Of a stretch of DNA of 64,000 nucleotides, positions 12,057 to 26,123 are shown piece after piece; position 1 is the first letter of the stretch, and each line of letters opens with the position of its first letter. The notes below the pieces were generated by a model, which saw only the letters and a program-made list of their open reading frames with translations, did not search any database and had not been told where the DNA came from. Origin of the DNA: Squalus acanthias. Lineage: Eukaryota. Where the stretch lies: the NCBI GenBank assembly GCA_030390025.1, contig CM059432.1, forward strand, positions 101,620,001 through 101,684,000. The letters run 5' to 3'. Position numbers and translations under genes: made by a program.

Positions 12057-13228
12057 CTAGCAGGGTAGATAAAGGGGAACCAGTGGATGTAGTATATTTG
12101 GATTTCCAAAAGGTATTTGATAAGGTACCATATAAAAGGTTGTTACGCAAGATAAGGGCTCATGGGGTTGGGGGTAATATATTAGCATGGATAGAGAATT
12201 GGTTAACAGACAGAAAACAGACAGTAGGGATAAACGGATCATTTTCAGGTTGGCAGGCTGTAACTAGTGGGGTGCCACAAGGATCAGTGCTTGGGCCTCA
12301 GCTATTTACAATCTATATTAATGACTTAGATGAAGGGACCGAGTGCAATGTATCCAAGTTTGCTGATGATACCAAGCTAGGTGGGCAAGTAAGCTGTGAG
12401 GGGGGCACAAAGAGCCTGCAAAGGGATATAGGCAGGTTAAGTGAGTGGGCAATAAGGTGGCAGATGGAGTATAATATGGAAAATGTGAGGTTATTCACTT
12501 TGGTAGGAAGAATAGAAAAACAGAATATTTTTTAAATGGTGAGAAACAATGGTGGTGTTCAGAGAGATTTAGGTGTCCGACTACAAGGAACATAGAGAGT
12601 TAGCATGCAGGTACAGCAAGCAATTAGGAAGGCAAATGGCATGTTGGCCTTTATTGCAAGGGTTTGGAGTACAAGAGTAAGGAAGCCTCGCTACAATTGT
12701 ATAGGGCTTTGGTGAGACCACACCTGGAGTACTGTGCACAGTTTTGGTCTCCTTATCTGAGGAAGAATATACTTGCCTCAGAGGTGGTGGAACGAAGGTT
12801 CACTAAACTGATTCCTGGGATGCGAGGGTTGTCCTATGAGGAGAGATTGAGTAGATTGGACCGATACTCTCTGGAGTTTAGAAGAATGAGAGGTGATCTC
12901 ATTGAAACATATAAGACTCTGAGGGGGATTGACAGGGTAGATGCTGAGAGATTGTTGCCCCTGGCTGGGGAGTCTAGAACTAGGGAGCATAGTCTCAGGA
13001 TAGGACTCGGCCTTTTAAGACTGAAATGAGGTGGAATTTCTTCACTCAGAGGGTTGTGAAGTATATTTAAGGTTGAGATAGATAGATTTTTGGATTCTTG
13101 GGGAATCAAGGGATATGGGGATTGGGCGGGAAAGTGGAGTTGAGGTCGAAGCTCAGCCATGATCTTACTGAATGGCGGAGCAGGCTCGAAGGGCTGTATG
13201 GCCTACCCCTGTTTCTAATTCTTATGTA
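12057..13228 (+). mobile_element. 5'-truncated CR1 LINE (RT domain to 3' UTR), frameshifted
   Basis: [59 protein letters not shown]. Typical 3' tail. Confidence 0.95.
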
Positions 13229-14081
13229 CTTCACTCCTTCAGGAGGATAAATGAGTTGGATAAAGCTCATGCTTTATTTGCAATTTTTATTTGGTTATTG
13301 GAAGAAGTGGGCTTGATGGGCTGAATGGCTATTCTTGCTCTACACTTGCGGCTCAGGCATATTAAGGTAACATTTCTTCTCTTTCTGTCCCTTCCCTCAA
13401 TGGGAGTCCCAATCTACAAACAGTTTTGTGCTGGTTTGTGTTTACCAGTGGTTATTGAATTCACCCTTGTAGACATGTTCTGTAAATTCCTCGTCACTCT
13501 ATGCATTTCAATCTGCTTCCTGCTGTTCCACAAGCCCATTTTACCAGTTTTAGGTCACTTTACACACCTTGTTTGAACTGTTCTAATGCCACCTCTGAAC
13601 AGGCAAATTTCACATTTTTCTATTGGAAGTCAAATCTTTGGAATTTAGCACAAATTTCTTCAGTTGCTATTTAAACTTTTAACAAGCCAATAGATATTAA
13701 TGTACCATTGATGGCTATAACACCCATTTACCCATGTGAGCAATTTTAAATGAGAGTAGGGCAGAGTGAAGCACAGCTTTATTGATGAAACCATTACTGC
13801 ACATTAATGTACATTTGGCACGTAAGCTACCTTTAGCATAACAATCAAGGAAGTAGACCATTCAGCCCATCACACCTGAACCAGTGCTAACTCTTCAACT
13901 GGAGCGATTTACAAAATTCCATTTCTTTCCTTATCCCATGTATCCTTTTAGATACTTCCTTTTCATATAATTATCCACTTCTGTTAGCCTCAATAGCCAC
14001 TAAAACATTCCATACTTTTATAACGTGTAAATAAATAAATAAATATATATATTTTACAACAAAAATTTTCAAACATTTTTT

Positions 14082-15030
14082 AGGACCACTGCTCTTTTTG
14101 ATATATATTAATAACATGGACTTGGGTATGCAGGGCATAATTTCAAAATTTGCAGCTGACACGAAACTCAGAAATTTAGTAAACAATGAGAAGGACAGTA
14201 ACAGGCTTCAGGAGGACAGACTGGTGAAATGGGCAGACACATGGCAGATGAAACTTAACGCTGAGACATGTGAAGTGATTCATTTTGGTCGGAAGAATGA
14301 GGAGAGCCAATATGAACTAAATGTACAATTTTAAAGGGGGGTACATGAATAGAGAGACCTGGGGGTGTATGTACACAAAATAAAGGTGGCAAGACAAGTT
14401 AGAAGGTTGTTAAAAAAAAAAGCATTTGGGATCCTTGACTTTATCAATAGAGGAATAGAGCACAAAAGCAAGGAAGTTATGCAAAACCTTTATAAAACAC
14501 TGGTTACGCCTCAGCTGGAGTATTGTGTCCAATTCTGGGCACCACTTTAGGAAGGATGTGGAGGCCTTGGAGAGGGTGCAGAAGAGATTTACTGGTGATG
14601 AGGGACATCAGTTATGTGGAGAGACTGAAGAAGCCGGGGCTGTTCTCCTTAGAGCAGAGAAGGTTAAGAGGAGATTTGATAGAGGTGTTCAAAATCAAGA
14701 ACAGTTTAACTGTTTCCAGTGACAGAAGGGTCAGTAACCAGAGGACACAGATTTAAGGTAATTGGCAAAAGAACCAGATGCTACATGAGGAAAAATATTT
14801 TTATGCAGCGAGTTGTTATGATCTGGAATGCACTGCCTGAAAGGGTGGTGAAAGCAGATTCAATACCAACCTTCAAAACAGAATTGGATAAATCCTTGAA
14901 GGGGAAAAAGTGCAGGACTATGGGGAAAGAGCAGGGATGTGGAACTAATCGGATAGCTCTTCCAAAGAGCCAGCACAGGCACAATGTGCCGAATAGCCTC
15001 CTCTGTGCTGTAGCATTCTATGATTATTTG
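14082..15030 (+). mobile_element. 5'-truncated CR1 LINE
   Basis: IYINNMD..ISKFAADTKL, QLEYCVQFWAP, TRGHRFKV, QRVVMIWNALP. Tail TTCTATGA. Confidence 0.9.
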
Positions 15031-15429
15031 ATTAAAGTAAGAACAATCATATTGGTATAATTACATTATTACAGTGCCAGTGCTGATTGAACACTAATAT
15101 TTAGGGTAAAAAAGTATCATGAATTAAAATTATTAAGCCCCATTACTTTATGTCTTTGTTATTTAAATATGTCCTATTTTAGCTTTCTTAAATTCTTTTC
15201 CATTATTAATACGATTTAAATAAAATTGCTTCCCAAAATTGTAAATCCCCATAACGTATACTGACAGGATGTTATTGATGGTTGTAATCTGTTTTTTAGT
15301 ATTTACTGTACTGGCAAAAATCTAGCGACATTTAGTATCAATTATATTAAATTTGTTTGACAGTTTGTGTATTTCAAAAAGCATTAATAGCTTCAAAAAA
15401 TATATTCTTCACAATTTTTTCCCTTCCCT

Positions 15430-15785
15430 CATGAAGGTTTGTCTCCTTGCTTGGTACTGTTCCATGGGTGCCATGTACCCCCAATACCTTGACCAAGTAG
15501 CTGTTATCCATATTCAAGTACGTTGACATGCTATTCTAATGCAGGGGATGTCGTAGGGAAGCCCAATCCTGTCCTCATCTGACATCCACACATGAACATT
15601 TCGAGTCAAGTTCACCGGATAGTAATCAGGAGCTGGAACCCTGACAAATTTTCCCCTCCCTTGCCCAAAGGCACTGAGGCCAACTATAGAGATCCTACCA
15701 CTATCCCAATTGAGGTCTGCTAGCTCACAGGGATTGAACCAGGTTCAATTACTTACTGGATAAACCTGCTGAACAAATAGGGGTC
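15430..15785 (-). mobile_element. Old tRNA-derived SINE, AmnSINE2-like
   Basis: The minus strand has box B GGTTCAATCC followed by TTGGCCTCAGTGCC..GGGAGGGGAAAAT..CAGGGTTCCAGCTCCTGAT..GAGGACAGGATTGGGCT. This resembles AmnSINE2 from memory. Confidence 0.5.
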
Positions 15786-16740
15786 CCACTAGCTGCTTTC
15801 TTTGTCTGACTTGGTCTCTTGCTTTTCACATATCTCATACTGAAAGACACCAATGAAATAATTTAACTCAAGGCCAGCACTGGATGCTAAAAGGTATAAA
15901 TGTATTCTATTCACCAGTGTTGCCATCCATCATCTTGATGAACACAAAAACTGTTTTAAAAAGGAAAGAAATCTATAAGGTGTGTGAATAGCTTCATGTG
16001 AAGCAATGTTAAAAAAAATACATTACGCATTCAGTTTCATTTTGAATGAGAATTTCAGGGTAGGTGCTTTCAGAATAGAATGCTTCTTTTGGAAAAAAGA
16101 AATCAATATGGATTAAATGAGTTTAACAAACTAATTGCAGTATTTGTTTCACTATTTCTTCTCAAAAGATTAAGATTCATTTTTATTTCTGGCTTCAGTT
16201 AGAGGAATTTTTTTTGACAGTTTCAGTCTGAATTGTCATACCTTCTTCAAGGAAATGAGAAAAAGGGAGCTCGAACACAGTTTGCTGTCAATCAAACAGT
16301 CACAGGAGATACTGAAATACTTGTGCAGGCAAACAAATTTCTATGCAAGCATTTTATGCATCAGCTATTGAGAAAGTAAGGAGGATCAAATATAAACTGC
16401 AGTCCTCTGTAAACTGTTGCAGTGCTTTTTTTTGCAACTAACTAAAAAAACTAACAAGATTATGATTTTATAGTTTATTTCAAGAAAGCTGGATGTTGGG
16501 AAAAGCTCCCTGGTTTTGGACATTCCTTTAATTCTACTTTGTAACAGTCAGTACTGGAAGCTAATGACAAATTATATTTACAAAACTTAATTTTTTAAAA
16601 ATATTTTTTTAAACTGAAGGTTAGTTCAATATTCAGAGAATTAGTTATTAAACTTTTAAATTTACATGGGTATTAAAAGTGCATCTAAATAACACAGACC
16701 TAGTTCGCTCTATGACCTTTTCCTGATCCACTGTTCTAAT

Positions 16741-18360
16741 GGGCAAGAAATTCATTATAGGCAAGGAATGGGCAGTGTTTAGACTAAAAATGGTGAATTA
16801 GCACCAGGTGAAAAACGTCTAGAGTGCACGCAAAATTCGTCCTCACTCATTAAAATGATTGGAGCCATAAATCTAGTCTAAAAACCAAAGCGCATTGGTG
16901 TTACACTGAAAAGATGGATCAATATCGGGTGTAGTCTAAATGCAAGTAATGATTGCCACGGGCTTTTTTCACTGCTTAAAGAGGAGGTCCATTGATGCTG
17001 CAGCACTTCATTCTCAGCACTGTTGGGTGTGCAGCTGCCTCAACAACCATAAGAAGGAGGACAAAGAGAAGGAGCACTTATTTACAAATGCTGATGGCAG
17101 ATTGCCGCCTCAGGCAGTGAGCCCGGGAGTTTTCCGCGGAAGCTTTGGAGGCATTGGTTTTAGCGGTGGAGAGAAGGCGGGCGGTCCTGTACCAACTGGC
17201 AGGAGGCCCTCGCCACCAATCTGCCGGACTATGTGGAGGGAGGTGGCACACCACATCACAGGCAGCACTGTTGTCCCCAGATCTCACACCCAGTGCAGGA
17301 GGAAGTTTAACGAGCTCACACGGGTGGTCAGGATGAGTGAAGGTTTCAACAAATGCTACCAACCACCATCTGTACCATAAGCTTCACACACTGCTCAATG
17401 TACCACACCCCCAACACTCACCCACCAACATTCTCTACCTAGCAACACTCACACCCACATCTCACACCTTGCACACAATGACAGCTATTCAACTATGGCA
17501 GGCACAAGAGTCATTAGTTATTAGAATTCATGTGATATATATTTATAGATAAATTTATTAATGGTGTTTCAAATATTTTGTGGTCCCTCTCATTTTACCT
17601 TTGCACCCAGGAGGACGCTGTGATACGCCATGGGACAGGGATTGTATGATGGGGATGTGGTAAGCTATGGGGATCTTAGGTTTCATTCATGTGAATCGGA
17701 GTCTGATGAGCCAGTCACGGACAGCCTGTCCAGAAGGCCAATTGTCTCGCTGCCTCCGCCCTCCCTCCTATTCCTCCTCCACCTCATCCTCTTCCTCCTT
17801 ATCCTCCTCTGCCTCGCCATCCTCCTGAGGTAATGCCGCAATCCCGCAGCCCCCATGACTGTGAGGAAGTGTTGTGAGCAGAAGCCTTTAACAAATAATG
17901 AGTGACTTCTGCACTTGAATGAACACTCCCTGTCACCAAAAAAACTTGAAATAACTAAAAAGAGCTGTTTCAGTTGCAGGAAGTAGCAAACAGGCACTGA
18001 AATGGCAAAACCCTGTCAGGTACAGCTGATTGGGGATGGTGCCTTTAAATAACGTTGCTGCAGCCTGCTTTCTGTTTGTAGGCACCAGCTCTCCCTGTCG
18101 TTGTTCTGCGCTGCTGTTAAGGTAAGTGGCTGAATCCAATGCTTGAGGTTGGGCATCCAGTGAGCATTGCACACTCACTGATGTCACAATCTCCATGATG
18201 GTGAGCTTCCTGGTGCTAGGGTTTACCGGCCATGCTACCAGCACCACCGATATGGTGTGCGGTGCTGGAACAGGCATCAGCTGTTGTTACAGCTGTCAAC
18301 GGCATTTCAGCGCCATCTCCTGGCGCTAACGTGTGGCGCAAACCACACAAACCTTCCCCC
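16741..18360. mobile_element. Internally deleted PIF/Harbinger transposon with Myb/SANT gene remnant (+) and presumed transposase 5' remnant (-)
   Basis: GGG..CCC ends with TSD AAT (16738-40 / 18361-63). The right end is homologous to the left ends of the MITEs. Convergent gene remnants. Confidence 0.8.
17094..17332 (+). pseudogene. Harbinger Myb/SANT-like DNA-binding protein exon 1 (stop and frameshift)
   Basis: REFSAEALEALVLAVERRRAVLY ... MWREVAHHITGSTVVPRSHTQCRRKFNELTRVVR, followed by a mutated donor ATGAGT. Confidence 0.8.
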
Positions 18361-20584
18361 AATGTTCTTGAAGGATATAAAAAATAATACATTGTCTGAT
18401 CTCCATTACGTCTTCTGCAGTTAGATCTGTATATAATGATGCTTTGAAAGATATGATTTACTCCACAACAGAATACAAAAAATAAATAAATTTACATTGC
18501 AGATTTATTTTAGGCTGTGAGCAAGTGTGCTAAAATCAGAGATTAGGTATAAAGAAAACACAGAAGAATCACAATCTTAAATCTCAAGCTTCAAGCTTTT
18601 TATGATGAAATATTTATAGGCTCCTATAAATTATATGATCATAGAATCATCGCAATTTCAGTACAGAAGGAGGACATTTGGCTCATGCTACCTGTGCCAA
18701 TGCACATTGAAGCTATCAGCCTAAAGTTTCTGATTGGCATTATATTAATACTGCCCGTAACATAAGTCATCGCTGGCTTGAAATAATGCTGCTTGGAAAA
18801 ACAAAGCTACCTACTTGAATCCTATTTCCCTGCTCATTCTCCATGCCCTTTAATATTTTTCTTCCTTGGGTGTTTATCTCATCCTCTCTTAAATGTCACT
18901 ATTGACTCAGCTTCAATAGCCATTTTCAATAATGCATTCCATATTCCAATAACTACTGCATGAAAAAGGTTCTTCTAACCTTCCTCCTCATGCTTGTAGG
19001 GCTAATAGGAAATTTATGCCTTCTTGTTACCAATGCTATATTAAAGCTTTAAATAAAGCATACTCCTGAGTTCTTTTAAAAATCCACATCTGCACATTTT
19101 GCTTTAAGCTATCTTGAAGTAAAACAGAGGGATAGCAATATCAATCTATACAAGTTATTTCTTTCAATTAAGAGTCTTCAGTCCTACTGAACATTAGTCA
19201 CATGCTGTACAAAACAAAAGGTAGTAATAAAAATGTCCTTTTAAAATTACAGGGTAAATGCATCACAGTACCATGAATTTAGAAAAAAAGGTTATATGGA
19301 TTAAATTACTTTAATCAATGAATTGCATTATTAATTAGGATGTATAGATGGGCCTTGCGATCCTACATCCTGTTATATTTCCATGTCTCTCAATTTTCTA
19401 AATGCCTTGTTCCGTGATGTGATTCGAGTGATTATCATGCGATACAATTTCTGAATTCAGTTTATTTTCCTCCTGTAACTTATTCATGGTCCTTCAATGT
19501 GCTTTGCCCTTTGCCCTTTACCCTTTAACTTCACAATGTCGTGAAGTTCACAAATTCAAATAGAGCCATCGCCATATTCAGCCTTGTCTGAGGCTTCTGA
19601 AAATTCAAAAGCACGTTTTAGCAAAAACTTGAATATAAAATTATCTATAGGCACCTTTAATTAGTTCACCATAAACAGCATCTAAAGATTTGAACTCCCA
19701 ACAATGACTGCAAAGAAAGCATTGCTCACATCATGAACAGTTGAGTTCATTTGAATATGACCATAGCACTATGGCAACATGAAAACTTCAGACTGTTTCA
19801 ACTCAAGAATGCAACAGTTTCCTGTGAGACTTGTTCCCACAGTCTAGAACTGCTAGGGGTTAACTGAGCAGGTCGGGTGCATAAGAGGAATTTGAGAAAC
19901 ATCACTCTCAACAGGGTGCTAAATAGCGCCAATAGTTATACTAATGATTTCGAAAAGTTTCCGACAGATCATGATAGACTTTGGTCAAGAAGATTTTCAC
20001 AAAAATTGAATAGTTAAAAACAACCCCTCACCTGTCTCATTTAACAGACAATTTACTGCACCAACAGACTCAAACTGTGCAAATGTATTCTCCCAAGTGG
20101 CCAGAACTTGGGTCAATTTTCCAGAGCCCGGCGGCAGGTTTATGAAGCCCGGGGGTTAAAACTGCCATTGCCTCATACTGCCACAGGCAACAGAAAACGA
20201 GTTGAAATTAACAATTCCTGTTGGAAACCCACTGGTAGTTAAAATCTCCCCTCAAAAAGTATCTAAAATACCCACAGGTATGGAAGAAAGAAGAAATAAA
20301 GGGGTGAATGCTTATCTTCACCACATAGATGGTTATCTGGCGGAGTGGATGCCCCGCCTGCCCATTATAGAACCCACTTGATTTTCATTCCATTGATGTT
20401 CCCTTTGCTGTGAAACTCTAGTTGCCATTTCTTTTAAATTGATACTACAAGCCATGTAACCCAGAACCATGAATATTCGAGATTAAAGATGAATTGGCTC
20501 GGTGGTTTTGCTAACAAACTCCCAAAGTGCTCAACCCAAAGCATTTGCTTTTAGTATGGCACATATAAATCCTTTGTGCTCAAC

Positions 20585-22745
20585 CACACCCTCACCAACA
20601 CCTATGTTGCTCTAGTCCCCATTAAAACCATTACTCTCTCTCACCCTAGCCGTTCCCCCAGTACAGCCCTCATCTCTGCTCCCTTATGCCCAAGGATCGC
20701 AGACTTGACCGGATATGGCGGACAACTGGTTTAGCCATTCAACGCCAGATCTGGCTGGACCACATAAAGCACTATTGGGTCCTGCTCTCGTCTGCCAAAA
20801 CTGCTCACTATTCCAGGATCATTCTGAAATGCAAAGATAACCCCCTGGTTTCTTTTCTCTACTGCAAACCGTCTTCTTAAACCCCTCTCCCTGTCTCTTC
20901 ACCCTCACCTCCAACAACAAGTGTGAGGAGCTCATGGATTTCTTTGTCACTAAGATTGAGACCATCCGATCAGCTGCCTCTGCCACTTCCCTTCCTTTAT
21001 CGAGCTCACCAGGCCAAACTTCCTCTAAGGTTGCCCCCTGCCCTAGCCCTGAACTCATATCTTTCTCCAGTTTCTCTCCGATCTCCCCTCATGCCCTTTC
21101 CGAGCTTATCTTGTCCATGAGACCCACTTCCTGCTCCCTCGACCCTATTCCCATGAAATTGCTGACCACCCAACTTCCTTTTCTATCTCCCATGCCAGCG
21201 GATATTGTTAATGGTTCTCTCTCCTCAGGCACTGTCCCCCTCTCCTTCAAATCTGCCGTCATCATTCCTCTGCTCAAAAAATCAACCTTTCACACCTCCG
21301 TCCTTGCAAACTACCACCCCATTTCCAACCTCTATTTCCTCTGCAAAGTCCTTGAACATGTTGTCACCTCCCAAATCCATGCCCATCTCTCCCAGAACTC
21401 CACGTTTGAATCCCTCCAATCAGGTTTCCGCCCCTGTCACAGTACCAAAACAGCTCTTATCAAAGTCACAAATGACATCCTTTATGACTGTGACAAAGGT
21501 AAACTATCTCTCCTCATCCTTCTCGACCTGTCTGCAGCCTTTGCCACGGTTGACCACTCCATCCTCCTCCAATGCCTCTCCACTGTCATCCAGTTGGGTG
21601 GGACTGCACTCGCCTGGTTCCATTCTTATCTATCTAATCGCCGCCAGAGAATCACCTGCAACAGCTTCACTTCCCGCTCCCACATCATTACCTCTGGTGT
21701 CCCCCAAGGATATATCCTTGGCCCCCTCCTATTTCTCATCTACAACCTGTCCCTCAGTGACATCATCTGAAAACACAGCGTCAGTATTTACATGTACACT
21801 GATGACACCCAGCTCTACCTCATGACCACTTCTCTCGACCCCTTCACTGTCTCTAAATTGTCAGATTGCTTGTCCGACATCCAGTACTGGATGAGCAGAA
21901 ATTTCCTCCAACTAAATATTGGGAAGACCAAAGCCATTGTCTTCAGTCCCCGCCACAAACTCCATTCCCTAGCCAACAACTCCATCCCTATCATCTGTCT
22001 GAGGCTGAACCAGACTGTTCGCAACCTTGGTGTCATATTTGACCCTAAAGTGAGCTTCCGACCACATATCTGTGCCATCACTAAAACCGCCTATTTCCAC
22101 CTCAGTAACATCGCCCGACTCTGCCCCTGCCTCAGCTCATCTGCTGCTGAAACCCTAATTCATGGCTTTGTTACCTCTAAATTTGACTATTCCAACGTAC
22201 TCCTGGCTGGCCTCCTACATTCTACTCTCTGTAAACTTGAGGTCATCCAAAACCCGGCTGCCCGTGTCCTAACTCGTACCAAATCCCCTTCACCCATCAC
22301 CCCTGTGCTTGCTGACCTACATTGGCTCCCGGTTAAACAACGCCTCTAGTTTAAAATTCTCATCCTTATTTTCAAATCCCTCCATGGTCATGCTCCTCCC
22401 TATCTCTGTAATCTCCTCCAGCCCCACAACCCTCCGAAACATCTGCGCTCCTCAAATTCTGGCCTCTTAAGCATCTCTGGTTTTAATCGCTCAACCATTT
22501 GTGGCCGTGCCTTCAACTACCAAGGCCCTATCCCTGGAATTCCCTCCCAAAACCTCTCTGCCTCTCCACCTCTCTACCTCTCTTTCCTCCTTTAACACGC
22601 TTCTTAAAACCTACCTCTTTGACCAAGTTTTTGGTCATCTGCCCTTGTGCGGCTCGCTGTCAAATTTTGTTTGATAAAGCTCCTGTGAAGCACCTTGGGA
22701 TGTTTTACAATGTTAAAGACGCTATATAAATACACATTTTTGTTG
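20585..22745 (+). mobile_element. 5'-truncated L2 LINE with near-complete RT domain (stops present)
   Basis: ORFs 20934-21770 and 21792-22349: LQSGFRPCHST, LLDLSAAF, SGVPQGYILGPLLFLIY, MYTDDTQLY, LHWLPV. Tail GACGCTATATAAAT. Confidence 0.95.
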
Positions 22746-24057
22746 TATGATTATGCATTGTTTTGCGAGAGATTAGACTGTACAGGGGCATGTTCTACTC
22801 TTTGTAGATTGTTCATTTTGAATATCTGGTGCATTCCCTTCTCAAAGTGAGAGCTGTTGGTGCTGAGAAATGGCACAGTTCCCTTTTGATCAATGAATAT
22901 CAGCATCAAGCACTCCCTGGTTAGGTTTCACAGAGTTGCATGCAAATTAAAGTACCCTCTATTCTGTTCCAACAGTGGGAGAACATTTTCTGTTCACTAT
23001 TTATGGCAAATTTTTAAACATGAGAGGAACATATTCAAGATTTTACTACAATTGCGAACAAGAAATTTTCCCTCAGTGAATTTTAGTTGTAATCATAGAA
23101 CAACATCCCCTTCCATCAGTGTGACATTTTCTACTTCTCACACCCGCCATCCTGTGGTGTCTCTCAGTGAAATTTCCAATCTTGTAACAAATAGTGTAAA
23201 ATTGGGGGTAGTTTTTCTTTTGCTGAGGCCCCAAACTGGATGAGACGGTTCAGCCTCATTTAATATGGAACTCACACAGCCAACAGACAAAGGAAAATTT
23301 CATTCCAGCAGTCTGGGCTTGAGTTAAACATCAGCCTCAGAGAAACTATAGATTTGGTTCCAGCCACAGAGCATTTGGCTTTGGCTCCATGTTCAATGTG
23401 TGAGTATAAACAAAATAAAGAAAACAAAATAGGATCACAGCATATCCCAATGGAGCTGCTGCTGAGTATCATGTCTATGCACATCTGTACCTAAAAATAA
23501 ATCTTTTACTATGTTTTCTTTAAATCAATCCACACTGAACTATTCATCTAAATAGAAGTTTATAACTGGCAAAAGAAGATTCTATCCGCTCTTCTCTACC
23601 CCACTAGTAAGATACAGTCAAAAGATATTTTATTATCTGTGCAATTTCAAATATTGTCATATATTATCATCAATATAAGTCCTCAGCCTGACAGAGCCAA
23701 GATGTCCATTTTGATGGTAATATGCTAAGAGCAGAATATCACCATCTTCAAATTTTCAGAATGGAAACTATGTCAATGGAACAGGGAACCTAAAAAGTAT
23801 GTGCACTTTCCTTATGAGTACCCATGCAATGTGCTGTCCTTTCTCCTCAGACAATGTTGTAATGTTTTCCAAATGTTTGGAAATAAGATGACAGGCTTAA
23901 AAATTTAGAAAATATGCTGTCTGCTCCATAATTAAGATGTAAAGTAACAATTTCATTAAAATATAACATCAACATAGTTCGAAATCTGCTTTCTTGCTTG
24001 TTTTTCCGCTCTAGTGCATCAGTTTGAAACTTTGGTATTTCGTGAACGGCATGAAAC

Positions 24058-24224
24058 CAATGCTACCTGTAAGCTGTGCTTTGTTCTGCACTGCCTGTTT
24101 TTTTTAAAGTGCATTCCCTTTAAATTTCTGTGCATCCACGACAGTTACAATGGAAAAGCCGATGAGCGGCCTGCGCGGGACCTTTCCCATAACCACGCAG
24201 CTGCGCAGTTTAGAGGAAACATTG
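24058..24224. mobile_element. Short non-autonomous hAT-type element
   Basis: TIRs CAATGCTACCTGTAAGCTGTGC / GCGCAGTTTAGAGGAAACATTG. Degenerate 8-bp TSD CATGAAAC/CAGGAAAA. Confidence 0.65.
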
Positions 24225-24290
24225 CAGGAAAATATTGAGCGCAACAATAATATACATCTGTTCCTGCAATAAAGATTGAAACTTTTGGGA

Positions 24291-24362
24291 AAATTGTTTC
24301 TAAAGTTAAAAATGTTTCTAAAGTTAAAATTGTTTCTAAAGTTAAAATTGTTTCTAAAGTTA
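24291..24362. repeat. 18-bp minisatellite x4 (AAATTGTTTCTAAAGTTA)
   Basis: Four near-identical units. Explains the KLKLFL repeat ORF. Confidence 0.9.
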
Positions 24363-24400
24363 AGAAAATGTGTAGTGAGAGATTACCTGTTTAATACACT

Positions 24401-25261
24401 GGCCGCGATTTTATTAATGGAGGCGGGTTGGGTGCGAGTCAGGTGGTTTCTGGCTTCCAGTCCCGCCCTCAATTACATCCAGCCCACAGACGTGATTTTA
24501 CATTGATTGACCTTGTTAAGCCCACCCTGCGGACTTGCCGACCAATTAAGAGGAAGCCGGTCAGATGACGTCATTTGATGACGCGTCATCGGTTGGTTTT
24601 CTTAAAGGGACCACACACAATTTTTTTTGGCAGCAGATTTCTCAGTATTTGACAGTATTGAGATGCTGCAAACACTGACAATCACTGTACAAAGGTGAGC
24701 TCTTGCACCTAGGCTCTCCTTAGGCTAGAACAGATGGCAGCTGCAGGTGAGGTGACAGAAGCGATCTGTCACTGGTGAGAGAGGTTCTCCCAATGAAGTG
24801 GCACTGGACATGGATTTCAAAACTTGTTACCTAAAGAAATGTGTAAATGCATTATAAATTAATTTCCCAACATTTTCTTACCTCTGAGACTCACCAGTGC
24901 ACCATTGGATCCTTCACACCACCTCTGCAGCTGTCATCAATCCAGAAACATTACAGCAGACTCACAACATGCCACACTTACCTGGCGTGGTGTCTGGATG
25001 TTGGGAAACCCGAGGCAGAAGTGGCAAAATTAAAAAATAGCCTGTCAACTACTATCAACTACCTGTTAATAGGCAGGTAATTGCCTTTAATCCTCTTCCC
25101 GCCGCTAGGTGTCGGGTCCATGCGCAAATTGGAGACCCGACACTTGGAAAATTGTTTGGAGGTAGGTTGACGGTGGGATCGCAACCCGCCGTCAATCAAA
25201 ACGATTTTAACCTTTGACCCGCCTCCAAACCCGCCCTCTCAGTGCCGATAAAATCGTGGCC
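24401..25261. mobile_element. Non-autonomous PIF/Harbinger element (family B)
   Basis: TIR GGCCGCGATTTTA / TAAAATCGTGGCC with TSD ACT. Homologous to 45400-46243 and 59812-60654. Confidence 0.8.
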
Positions 25262-25894
25262 ACTGTTTTTCTTTTGTTGTCAAGGTTTTTAATCTGATAA
25301 AGGATGGGTTAATCCATATATTATTCATTAAAAAACACAAGATTTGAACCTGGTGAGGGAATCATGGGTGGGAGGTCTGAAGCGGGCGGCCAAATTCTAA
25401 CCTCCCTCAGTGTAAAGAAAGTGGACTAGAAGTTCCAGTACACTGGAAACCTGCCCGTGCCCCCACAGGCCGAAGTTAACAGCCATCCAAATTCATAGCG
25501 CAGGATGACCATGAGGAGCTGGTGGCTGGAAGTATTTTGGTGCTGCCTGCTAATTGAAATTAGCTAAACTTACCATGCAACCCTCTTTTTCCTGTGCCAC
25601 TCTCAGCAGGAGCCGCAATGTAGTGTGGCCATAGGATCCCTAAAGCAAGAACAGCATTGTCTTAAAGCAAGGCTGTCATTTTAGAAAGCAGTGTCAGTCC
25701 ATTAAAGGGGAACTGCTTTCAAAAATAAAATTAAAAATTAAAAATATGCAGTTTTTAAGCCCTTCGAGCTCAACTGCCTTCTGAAAAAAAAATAAACATC
25801 AAAAATAATTTCCAAATGGCAGTCTTCAGCTCTTAAAGCTGAATTGCCTCCTGCAACTAAAAAAAATCATAAAATTGCTTCAGCACTAACACAA

Positions 25895-26123
25895 ACGGCT
25901 CAACAAGCCAGGGAAGGGACACCCAGTGTCTCACATGCAGCAATCCAGCTTTGTAGAGTGGGGTCAACACTGCAAGAGAGGTCCTCTACCCTCAGGGGCC
26001 AGGAGGCCCTCCAGCAAAAGGATCTGGGACCAGATCACCGAGGCTGTCACTGCGAGCAGTGCCACCCCCAAGATCTGGCTCCAGTGCCCAAAGAAGTTTC
26101 ATGACCTCAGACGAGTGGTCAAG
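25895..26123 (+). pseudogene. Harbinger Myb/SANT-like protein exon 1 (degenerate)
   Basis: AQQAREGTPSVSHAA ... RIWDQITEAVTASSATPKIWLQCPKKFHDLRRVVK, then donor GTCAGT. Confidence 0.75.

Noticed and set aside
24291..24362. Possible CRISPR-like array
   Set aside because: Units are contiguous with no spacers, in a eukaryotic context.
24276..24506. ORF with KLKLFL repeats
   Set aside because: Artefact of the 18-bp minisatellite.
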